From the NCBI GenBank assembly GCA_047616465.1, contig JBLHHE010000001.1, positions 1 through 25,707 on the forward strand: DNA of 25,707 nucleotides, read 5' to 3'. How positions within the stretch are numbered: the stretch's first letter is position 1; each line of letters opens with the position of its first letter. Position numbers and translations under genes: made by a program. This document shows, one piece after another, positions 1-7,388 of this stretch. The notes under the pieces are model-generated. The model saw only the letters and a program-made list of their open reading frames with translations, was not told the DNA's origin and did not search any database. Source of the DNA: Alphaproteobacteria bacterium (GTDB lineage Bacteria; Pseudomonadota; Alphaproteobacteria; UBA6615).

Positions 1-1277
1 TGGGGCGCGCGCTCGATGGCCAGCGCATCGGCGGCAACGTCGCGGCCGATGGTGCTGCCGGCGGCGACGATGGCGCCATCGCCAATGGTCACCGGCGCCA
101 CCAGCGCGGTGTTCGAGCCGATGAAGGCGTTGGCGCCGATAACCGTCTGGTGCTTGTCGAAACCGTCATAGTTACAGGTGATGGTGCCGGCGCCGATATT
201 GGCCCCGGCGCCGACCGTGGCGTCGCCGATATAGCTCAAATGGTTGGCCTTGGCCCCGGCCCCCAGCACCGCTTCCTTGATCTCGACGAAATTGCCGACC
301 CGCGCGCCGGTGCCGATCTCGGCGCCCGGCCGCAGCCGCGCGAACGGCCCGATGACAGCGCCCGCCGCCACGCTCGCCCCTTCCAGATGGCTGAAGGATT
401 TGATCTCCACATTGTCGCCAACCCTCACCCCGGGCCCGAAGACCACGTTGGGGTGGATCGTCACGTCGCGGCCCAGCTTCGTATCGTGGGCCAGCCAGAC
501 CGTCGATGGGTCGACCAGCGTGGCGCCTTCGTCCATCGCGCGGGTCCGCAGTTCGTTCTGTACGATGGCTTCCGCAGCGGCCAGTTCGGAGCGTTTGTTA
601 ATCCCCATAAGCTCAGCTTCCCCTGCTTCGACGACCGCCGTTTGCAACCCAGCGCCATGGGCCATCGCCACGATATCGGTCAGATAATATTCGCCCTTGA
701 TATTGTCGTTATTAAGGCCCGCGAGCAGGCCAGACAAATGCTGGCCCGAAATCGCCATGAGGCCGGAATTACACAAGCCGATTTCCAGCTGTGCGGGGCT
801 GGCCTCCTTGGCCTCGACAATGCCGATCAACGCGCCGGTATCGTCGGTCACCAACCGGCCATAATCCCCACTGTCCACGGGCCTGAATCCAACAACGACC
901 ACCGCCGCGCCCGCCGCGCAGGCGGTGGCAGCCGCGCGCATGGTCGCCTCGCTGACCAGCGGGGTATCGCCATAGAGCACCAGAACCGGGCCGGTGAAAT
1001 CTTCCAGGCTCGCCTGCCCCGCCTTCACCGCGTCTCCGGTGCCCAAGCGTTTGTGTTGCACACACACCAAATGGGGCGCCACAACCGCGGCAAGCTCGCT
1101 CATGCCCGGGCCGACCACGACGGCGACCCGCTCCGGCGTCAGCGCCTCGACGGTCTCGAGCAAATGCGCCACCATCGGCCGCCCGGCAAGCTGGTGCATC
1201 ACCTTGGGGTGCTCGGATTCCATGCGCGTGCCGAGACCGGCAGCGAGAACGAGAGCGGCAACAGGCATGTCAGGCAT
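1..1277 (-). CDS. glmU: Bifunctional UDP-N-acetylglucosamine pyrophosphorylase / glucosamine-1-phosphate N-acetyltransferase (3' end runs off the window)
   Basis: Manual minus-strand translation from ATG 1277 (alternative 1268): MPDMPVAALVLAAGLGTRMESEHPKVMH, VLYGDTPL, GEYYLTDIV, GPFARLRPG, VGNFVEIK, KANHLSYIGDA, NIGAGTITCNYDG. Missing from the ORF track because there is no stop inside the window. Confidence 0.96.
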   Translation of the reverse strand, partial: MPDMPVAALVLAAGLGTRMESEHPKVMHQLAGRPMVAHLLETVEALTPERVAVVVGPGMSELAAVVAPHLVCVQHKRLGTGDAVKAGQASLEDFTGPVLVLYGDTPLVSEATMRAAATACAAGAAVVVVGFRPVDSGDYGRLVTDDTGALIGIVEAKEASPAQLEIGLCNSGLMAISGQHLSGLLAGLNNDNIKGEYYLTDIVAMAHGAGLQTAVVEAGEAELMGINKRSELAAAEAIVQNELRTRAMDEGATLVDPSTVWLAHDTKLGRDVTIHPNVVFGPGVRVGDNVEIKSFSHLEGASVAAGAVIGPFARLRPGAEIGTGARVGNFVEIKEAVLGAGAKANHLSYIGDATVGAGANIGAGTITCNYDGFDKHQTVIGANAFIGSNTALVAPVTIGDGAIVAAGSTIGRDVAADALAIERAP

Positions 1278-1418
1278 CGGCGTGCATTCAGATGGCTTCT
1301 ACGGGCCTCCCGGCGGGGCGCAAAACTACTCAAAACCGGATCGCCGCACACTGCCACAGCCACGCGAACCGGGCCAAGTCACTAATTATTCTGGATTGTT
1401 GCAGAAGCCGGCGCGGCC

Positions 1419-2297
1419 TTATTCGCCGGCGTCGCCGAATACCAGTTTATCGCCGCTGCCGTGGGCCCGCACGAGATGGGCAAAGCCGACGCCCCAGGGG
1501 GTATTGAGTTCGAGGCGCACCGGCACCTTGCCACGACCGGCGCCGACATCCGCCAGCCAGATATCGATGCTCATCTTCTGCATGCGATCGTCGCCTTCCT
1601 TGAACCCGGCGATGCGCTGGAAGTTCAACCGGCAGCCTTCGGCCGGTCCGGCATAGGGGGCATAGTTGCTGGCTTTCAATATCTTGGCGCCCAGGGGCGT
1701 CAGCTGGGCGTCGTAGCGGCGGCGGCCGTCATAAACGGCGGTGGTCGGCCGGCAGAGGGCGCCGGTCGCGTTTTCCAGTACGATGGCGGTGACCGCGCTC
1801 ATGGGATCGACGGCGCCGGGCAACAGATCGGCCGAGACGGCGCGCTTTGCGTCCTCGCCGTAAGGCGGTTCGGCGCGAACCTGTGACGGCACCCCCGCCT
1901 CATAGCCAATCTCGACCGTGCGCACCCGCCCGCGCCAGTGATTGGCGAAGCGGTGATCCTGGGGCACCACGCTGGCGTTTTGCATCTGGCCTTTACTGAC
2001 CGCATCGAGCCGCCACGCGAACAACAACCCAATAATGCCGGCGGATTCGAGGCGCGCATCGGTGCGGTAACCATCCCCGTCGAGAGCCACATCGAAATCA
2101 AGCGACAGCGCCCGAAACCCGCTTTTGTAGACATCGTAGGACAGGCGAAACCCGTCGCCGGCCAGCGTGGCGGCCGGGGGCACCGCGGCGCTTTCGGTCG
2201 GGGCCAGCTTATCTGCCGCAGACGGTGTCGCGAGGACGACGAGCAAGGCGGCGGCCAGAGGGGCGGCCAGGGCGGCGTTTCGGAGCGTCATGTGCAT
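1419..2297 (-). CDS. DUF3108-like exported protein
   Basis: Ala/Leu-rich signal peptide (MHMTLRNAALAAPLAAALLVVLATPSA), YDVYKSG first strand, DPMSAV, VYDGRRRY and C-terminal VPVRLE pattern. Start chosen at ATG 2297 (2291 possible) rather than the track's 2375. Confidence 0.65.
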   Translation of the reverse strand: MHMTLRNAALAAPLAAALLVVLATPSAADKLAPTESAAVPPAATLAGDGFRLSYDVYKSGFRALSLDFDVALDGDGYRTDARLESAGIIGLLFAWRLDAVSKGQMQNASVVPQDHRFANHWRGRVRTVEIGYEAGVPSQVRAEPPYGEDAKRAVSADLLPGAVDPMSAVTAIVLENATGALCRPTTAVYDGRRRYDAQLTPLGAKILKASNYAPYAGPAEGCRLNFQRIAGFKEGDDRMQKMSIDIWLADVGAGRGKVPVRLELNTPWGVGFAHLVRAHGSGDKLVFGDAGE

Positions 2298-2304
2298 CGC
2301 AGCC

Positions 2305-2313
2305 ATTATAGCA
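2305..2313 (-). promoter_or_regulatory. Extended -10 promoter (TGCTATAAT), probably giving a leaderless mRNA
   Basis: Minus strand reads TGCTATAAT-ggctgcg-ATG(2297). There is no SD upstream of that ATG. Confidence 0.45.
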
Positions 2314-2352
2314 CAGGCGCGCGTTTTCAACAGCTTGGCCCCTACGGCCACG

Positions 2353-2383
2353 CTTGACTCGCACGATCGGCCCACCCTATAGA
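2353..2383 (+). promoter_or_regulatory. Sigma70-type promoter for tRNA-Val
   Basis: CTTGAC (2353-2358), 18 nt, CTATAG (2377-2382). This matches the alphaproteobacterial CTTGAC-N17/18-CTATAT consensus and lies about 25 nt upstream of the tRNA. Confidence 0.55.
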
Positions 2384-2406
2384 CGCGCGGTTATCCGCCA
2401 CTAGGC

Positions 2407-2481
2407 GGGCGCGTAGCTCAGCGGGAGAGCACTGCCTTCACACGGCAGGGGTCACAGGTTCAATCCCTGTCGCGCCCACCA
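2407..2481 (+). tRNA. tRNA-Val (anticodon CAC)
   Basis: Acceptor stem GGGCGCG/CGCGCCC, D-arm TAGCTCAGCGGGAGAGC, anticodon stem CTGCC/GGCAG with loop TTCACAC (CAC at 2439-2441), T-arm GGTTCAATCC, encoded CCA. 75 nt. Confidence 0.97.
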
Positions 2482-2508
2482 TTCTTCGCCCTGGCCTATT
2501 CCGCCGGG

Positions 2509-3183
2509 CTAGACCACCAGATATTCCGGTCCCTCGGCGAATTTCGCCCATTGGTACACGCCGCCATTGGCCGATTGCCAATTGGGCAGTGCCTGGATGC
2601 GGTCGTACCAGGCGCGGACATTGGGATAGGCCTCGAACGTGCAACCGATCACCTCGCCGACTGAAATTACACCGGAGGCGAAATAATCGGCCAGCGTCAT
2701 CGTCTCGCCGCACATCCACGGCGCGCCCTGCCCCAAGATATGGTCGTTCAGGACACCGAGAAAACGTTCCGCCTGCGCCTTGCCCGCGGCGACCTGCACT
2801 TTTTGCGCCGCGTCATCGGGTAATTTGCAGTGATCGAGGATCTGCGGGTACACCAAACCGTAGGCGAACGAGCGATAAAAACTGGTGTTGAACCAGTCCA
2901 TGGTCTCATTGACCCGCGCCCGGGCCTGCAGGTCCGTTGGATAGGCCGCCGAACCTGATTTTTAGGCCAGATATTTCAGAATGGCAGAGCTTTCCATAAG
3001 CCGGAAATCGCCATCTTCCAGCACCGGCACGAAATTGTTCGGATTGATTTTGGTGAACGCCTCGCCGTAATGCTCGCCGCTCATAATATCGACAATCTGC
3101 TGCTCAACGTCCAACCCCTCGTCGGCGATGAACATCATAATCGGACGGCAGGTTGTCGAAACCGGGCTTTGATAAAGTTTCAA
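2509..3183 (-). pseudogene. Glutathione S-transferase interrupted by an in-frame TAA (2962-2964)
   Basis: TTG start at 3183 after SD GGGAGA. MKLYQSPVSTTCR...INPNNFVPVLEDGDFRLMESSAILKYLA*KSGSAAYPTDLQARARVNETMDWFN...TLADY. The two track ORFs are in the same frame, separated by one stop codon. Confidence 0.85.
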
Positions 3184-3299
3184 CGTTTTTCTCCCTGAAT
3201 TTTTAGCCAGCATTTGTATGGCGCGGATAACAATAAGCCTTCGCCGATTCCCGGTCCACGTTCGCGCTCGTACTTGTGATCCGAATCGGGGCGCGCCTA

Positions 3300-4043
3300 T
3301 TAGCGCGAAAACAAATCGCCCTGGCCGCCGCGTGGCGGGGCTGCAGCCGCATCGCCGTCGGAAGGCGGATCGACCGGCTCCACCAGGCTCGCCTCGTCGT
3401 TGCGCACGTTATTGACCAGCGTCGATACCGGCCATGCGGTGGTGATTTCGGCGGGGGCGGGGCGCAGAAGTGCGCTGGCGGCTTCGGTATCGGTTTCGTC
3501 GCGTACGTCCAGCCAGGCGTCGAAATCGGCCGGCGCCAGGATCACCGGCATGCGCGCATGTAAGGGGGCGAGCGCCTCGTTGGCGGTGGTGGTGATGATC
3601 GTTGCGGTCTGTAATTCGTCGCCGTCGGGCGACATCCAACTCTCCCACAGCCCGGCGAAGGTGAGCAGGCCGCCATCGGCGGCGGAAATCCAGAACGGCT
3701 GCTTGGGTCCTCCCGGCTGCGCTTGCCACTCGTAGAACCCGCTGACGGGGATGAGGCAGCGCCGGCGGCGAAAGGCGGCGCGGAAGGCGGGCTTCTCGCC
3801 CACAGTTTCCGCCCTGGCATTGATCATCTTGGACCCGATGGAGATATCCTTGGCCCAGGACGGCACCAAGCCCCACTGAAAGAATGTTGCCCCGTTGCCC
3901 CCCTCGCCGGGCGCGGTGATCGCGATGATGGGCTGGGTTGGCGCAATGTTGAAGCGCGGCTGCAGGTTCAACGGAGTCGAAACCAGCGTGTAGGCCGCGA
4001 AAATATCGGTCCAGGTATGACTTAGTCCAAAGCGTCCGCACAT
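3300..4043 (-). CDS. yedK: SOS response-associated peptidase (SRAP/HMCES family) abasic-site protection protein
   Basis: N-terminal MCGRF (catalytic Cys2), RFNIAPTQ, WGLVPSW, INARAET, GFYEW, HARMPVIL, VNNVRND. Confidence 0.95.
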   Translation of the reverse strand: MCGRFGLSHTWTDIFAAYTLVSTPLNLQPRFNIAPTQPIIAITAPGEGGNGATFFQWGLVPSWAKDISIGSKMINARAETVGEKPAFRAAFRRRRCLIPVSGFYEWQAQPGGPKQPFWISAADGGLLTFAGLWESWMSPDGDELQTATIITTTANEALAPLHARMPVILAPADFDAWLDVRDETDTEAASALLRPAPAEITTAWPVSTLVNNVRNDEASLVEPVDPPSDGDAAAAPPRGGQGDLFSR

Positions 4044-4049
4044 AAGCGG

Positions 4050-4055
4050 ACAATA
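4050..4055 (-). promoter_or_regulatory. Putative -10 element for a leaderless SRAP transcript
   Basis: TATTGT-ccgctt-ATG(4043), with no SD. Confidence 0.35.
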
Positions 4056-4076
4056 GCGTAAAATAAGCGGGTTCTA

Positions 4077-4123
4077 ATACAAAATATTGGGGTCGGGGCG
4101 CAGCAGCATACAATATAGAGAAA
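4077..4123. promoter_or_regulatory. Upstream tandem NrdR boxes (pair A)
   Basis: Core CAAAATATTG at 4080-4089 fits CWANATNTWG. CAATATAGAG at 4111-4120 has one mismatch and lies 31 bp away. They overlap a possible TTGGGG-N16-TACAAT promoter (4087-4114). Confidence 0.5.
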
Positions 4124-4190
4124 ATTTACCGTATCGCTGAGCAAACTATTGGCTTGCGCCAATTTTCACCCCGATTCGACTTCGATTAGA

Positions 4191-4218
4191 TTGACGAAAA
4201 TCTGCAAATGAGTATGAT
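4191..4218 (+). promoter_or_regulatory. Sigma70 promoter of nrdAB
   Basis: TTGACG (4191-4196)-N16-TATGAT (4213-4218). Confidence 0.7.
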
Positions 4219-4233
4219 GTTCTCGTATTGTTC
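4219..4233 (+). promoter_or_regulatory. Alphaproteobacterial LexA (SOS) box
   Basis: GTTC-TCGTATT-GTTC is an exact GTTC-N7-GTTC. It abuts the -10 and covers the predicted transcription start. Confidence 0.65.
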
Positions 4234-4245
4234 ACGGTGACAGCA

Positions 4246-4292
4246 GGTCAATATTTAGTGTTAAACTCACTCCTCGCGACTACATGTTGTAG
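4246..4292. promoter_or_regulatory. Downstream tandem NrdR boxes (pair B)
   Basis: Cores CAATATTTAG (4249-4258) and CTACATGTTG (4280-4289) both fit CWANATNTWG, are 31 bp apart and lie directly upstream of nrdA. Confidence 0.8.
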
Positions 4293-4369
4293 AATTTTCC
4301 CGGCTATCCCCAGGAAATTACCCACAGCATGTGGACGACCTGGTTACCGGTTTAAAGGGGGCATTACGT

Positions 4370-6406
4370 ATGGATGGGTCTGTGGGCATTTTGGCTGAAG
4401 AAGACACTGTGGATAAAGTGTTTGTAACTGCAGAGGCGGCGGAATTGACCCCTGTCGAGACTCCGATTGCGACCCCGGCCGACATCCCAATCGAATCGAC
4501 GCAAAACGAACAGCCGTCCCTATTCGACGACCCTGCCACGCCCGTGGAAAACGATCTGGCCGGTAAAGATGGCGACACGGCCAATGTCTATCAGACAGAC
4601 CGCGTGCGCATCGTTATCGACCCGTCGCGCGACGCCAATTTGACCGCTTTCGGCAAGGGAACGCTGGAAGATCGCTACCTGCTGCCCGAGGAAGCCGGCG
4701 AGCCGCAAAAGCTGTTCGCCCGAGTCGCGACCCATTACGGCGACGATTCGGCCCATGCCCAACGCATCTATAACTATATTTCCGACCTCTGGTTCATGCC
4801 GGCGACGCCGGTTCTGTCGAACGGCGGCACCAAACGGGGCCTTCCGATTTCGTGTTTTCTGAACGAGGCCTCCGATTCGCTCGAAGGCATCGTCGATTTA
4901 TGGAACGAAAATGTCTGGCTCGCCGCCCGCGGCGGCGGCATCGGCAGCTATTGGGGCAATCTGCGCTCGATCGGCGAACAGGTCGGGCGTAACGGCAAGA
5001 CCTCGGGCGTGGTGCCGTTCATTCGGGTGATGGATTCGCTGACCCTGGCGATCAGTCAGGGCTCGCTGCGCCGCGGTTCGGCCGCCGTCTATTTGCCCAT
5101 ATGGCATCCCGAGATCGAGGAATTCATTGAGATGCGCCGGCCCACCGGCGGCGACCCAAACCGCAAGGCGCCCAACCTGCACCATGGCGTGCTGATTACC
5201 GACGATTTCATGCGCGCGGTCGAAGCCGACGAAGAATGGGCGCTGGTCAGCCCCAAGGACAGAGCGCCGATCGCCCGCGTGTCGGCCCGCTCGCTGTGGA
5301 TCCGCATCCTGACCGCCCGGGTCGAAACCGGCGAACCCTATATTGTCTTCTCCGACACGGTGAATAAGAGTATTCCCGAGCATCACAAGCTGGCCGGTCT
5401 GACGGTTAAAACCTCGAACCTGTGCTCCGAGATTACCCTGCCCACGGGCACCGACCACCATGGCAACGAACGCACCGCGGTGTGCTGCCTGTCCTCGCTC
5501 AACCTGGAAAAGTTCGTCGAATGGAAAGACCATCCGACATTCATCGAGGACATCATGCGCTTCCTCGACAATGTGCTGCAGGACTTCATCGACAACGCGG
5601 CGGATTCGTTCGCCCGGGCGACCTATGCGGCCATGCGCGAACGCTCGGTCGGCCTCGGCGTGATGGGTTTCCACTCGTTTTTGCAGGATCAGATGGTGCC
5701 ATTTGAGTCAGCAATTGCAAAGGGTTGGAACCATAAGATGTTCCGCCACATTAAGGTTGGAGTCGATGCCGCGTCGGTCGCCTTGGCCGAAGAACGCGGC
5801 GCCTGCCCCGATGCCGAAGATTACGGCATCATGGAGCGGTTCTCGAACAAGACGGCGATCGCGCCGACCGCATCGATCTCGATCATCTGCGGCGGTTCCT
5901 CGCCGGGCATCGAGCCGATTGCCGCCAACAGCTTCACCCACAAAACCCTGTCGGGGTCGTTCAACGTGCGCTCGAAAGCTCTGACCCGTCTGCTCGCTGA
6001 AAAAGGTAAGGACACTGACGAAGTGTGGTCGTCGATCATCGCCCACGAAGGCTCGGTGCAGCAGCTCGATTTCCTCACCGACGACGAAAAGGCGGTGTTC
6101 AAGACGGCGTTCGAGATCGATCAGCGCTGGGTCATCGATCTGGCCGCCGACCGCGCCAGTCAGGTGTGCCAATCGCAGTCGCTCAACGTCTTCCTAGCCG
6201 CCGATGTGCACAAGCGCGACCTGCACCAGATCCATTTCCAAGCCTGGAAGAAGGGCGTGAAGAGCCTTTACTACTGCCGCTCGAAATCGCTGCAGCGTTC
6301 GGAAAGCGTGGCGGCCTCGCCGATGGTAGCCATCACCGGTGACGAAGAGGCCGACCGCGCCGCCGCCAGCCGCAACGATTACGAAGAATGCCTGGCCTGC
6401 CAGTAA
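4370..6406 (+). CDS. nrdA: Class Ia ribonucleoside-diphosphate reductase alpha subunit (no ATP cone; acidic N-terminal extension)
   Basis: PATPVLSNGG, LPISCFL, GGGIGSYW, SNLCSEI (thiyl Cys), TAVCCLSS, AIAPTASIS, CQSQSLN, KSLYYCRS, C-terminal EECLACQ. Start at ATG 4370 after SD AAGGGG. Confidence 0.97.
   Translation: MDGSVGILAEEDTVDKVFVTAEAAELTPVETPIATPADIPIESTQNEQPSLFDDPATPVENDLAGKDGDTANVYQTDRVRIVIDPSRDANLTAFGKGTLEDRYLLPEEAGEPQKLFARVATHYGDDSAHAQRIYNYISDLWFMPATPVLSNGGTKRGLPISCFLNEASDSLEGIVDLWNENVWLAARGGGIGSYWGNLRSIGEQVGRNGKTSGVVPFIRVMDSLTLAISQGSLRRGSAAVYLPIWHPEIEEFIEMRRPTGGDPNRKAPNLHHGVLITDDFMRAVEADEEWALVSPKDRAPIARVSARSLWIRILTARVETGEPYIVFSDTVNKSIPEHHKLAGLTVKTSNLCSEITLPTGTDHHGNERTAVCCLSSLNLEKFVEWKDHPTFIEDIMRFLDNVLQDFIDNAADSFARATYAAMRERSVGLGVMGFHSFLQDQMVPFESAIAKGWNHKMFRHIKVGVDAASVALAEERGACPDAEDYGIMERFSNKTAIAPTASISIICGGSSPGIEPIAANSFTHKTLSGSFNVRSKALTRLLAEKGKDTDEVWSSIIAHEGSVQQLDFLTDDEKAVFKTAFEIDQRWVIDLAADRASQVCQSQSLNVFLAADVHKRDLHQIHFQAWKKGVKSLYYCRSKSLQRSESVAASPMVAITGDEEADRAAASRNDYEECLACQ
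4408..4416 (-). promoter_or_regulatory. Perfect DnaA box (TTATCCACA) inside early nrdA
   Basis: The plus strand reads TGTGGATAA. Confidence 0.45.
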
Positions 6407-6428
6407 TAAGGCCGTAAGGACTAAGACG

Positions 6429-7388
6429 ATGTCATTGTTAGAAGAACGCGTTCAGTACAAGCCATTTAAGTACCCCTGGGCCTATGACGCCTGGCTGCAG
6501 CAGCAGCGCGTCCATTGGTTGCCCGAAGAGGTGCCCTTGGCAGACGACGTCAAGGACTGGCACCGCACCCTGACCCCTGGCGAGCGCAATCTGCTAACCC
6601 ACATTTTCCGCTTCTTCACCCAGTCGGATGTGGAAGTGAATAATTGCTACATGAAGCATTATTCCCAGGTGTTCAAACCGACCGAAATTCAGATGATGCT
6701 GTCGGCCTTCTCCAATATCGAGACCGTGCACATCGCCGCCTACTCGCACCTGCTCGACACCATCGGTATCCCCGAGAGCGAATATTCGGCGTTCCTCAAA
6801 TACCAGCAGATGAAAGACAAGTACGACTATCTGCAGGAGTTCAATGTCGATACCAAGGAGAACATCGCCAAGACATTGGCCATGTTCGGCGCCTTTACCG
6901 AAGGCCTGCAACTGTTCGCCAGCTTCGCCATCCTGATGAACTTCCCACGCTTCAATAAGATGAAGGGCATGGGCCAGATCGTCACCTGGTCGGTGCGCGA
7001 CGAGAGCCTGCACACGGCCTCGATCATCAAGCTGTTCCGCACCTTCGTCGACGAAAACCCGGAAGTCTGGAACGAGGAATTAAAGCACGACCTTTATGTG
7101 AGCTGCGAAACCGTGGTGACCCATGAAGATGCCTTCATCGACCTGGCGTTCGAGTTGGGCAGCATCGAAGGGCTGGAGGCCCGCGAGGTCAAACAATATA
7201 TCCGCTACATCGCCGACCGCCGGTTGATGCAGCTTGGCCTGCAGCCGGTCTATCGTCTTGAAAAGAACCCCCTGCCGTGGATGGAGGAAATGCTCAACGG
7301 CGTCGAGCACGCCAATTTCTTCGAGAACCGGTCAACCGAATATTCCAAGGCCGCCACCCGCGGCAGTTGGGAAGAGGCATTTGAATAA
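6429..7388 (+). CDS. nrdB: Class Ia ribonucleotide reductase beta subunit
   Basis: YKPFKYPWAY, HWLPEEV, FFTQSD, ETVHIAAY (E/H ligands plus radical Tyr), FTEGLQLFASF, VRDESLH, FFENRSTEY. ATG 6429 follows SD AAGGA. Confidence 0.97.
   Translation: MSLLEERVQYKPFKYPWAYDAWLQQQRVHWLPEEVPLADDVKDWHRTLTPGERNLLTHIFRFFTQSDVEVNNCYMKHYSQVFKPTEIQMMLSAFSNIETVHIAAYSHLLDTIGIPESEYSAFLKYQQMKDKYDYLQEFNVDTKENIAKTLAMFGAFTEGLQLFASFAILMNFPRFNKMKGMGQIVTWSVRDESLHTASIIKLFRTFVDENPEVWNEELKHDLYVSCETVVTHEDAFIDLAFELGSIEGLEAREVKQYIRYIADRRLMQLGLQPVYRLEKNPLPWMEEMLNGVEHANFFENRSTEYSKAATRGSWEEAFE

Noticed and set aside
150-1385. Long ORFs on the opposite strand or in alternate frames (150-1385+, 7250-8488-, 13777-14799-, 19420-20493+, 22823-23758+ and others)
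   Set aside because: They are shadows of well-supported genes, expected from high GC3 bias, and show no family motifs.
2407-2510. tRNA-Val as an integration site for a genomic island
   Set aside because: No integrase, no duplicated tRNA 3' end and no composition shift in the window.
2962-2964. Programmed readthrough or recoding of the GST stop
   Set aside because: The stop is TAA, not TGA or TAG, and no SECIS-like signal is evident. A point mutation or error is simpler.
4370-6406. Intein or intron in nrdA
   Set aside because: The core length is normal, with no insertion or splicing motifs.
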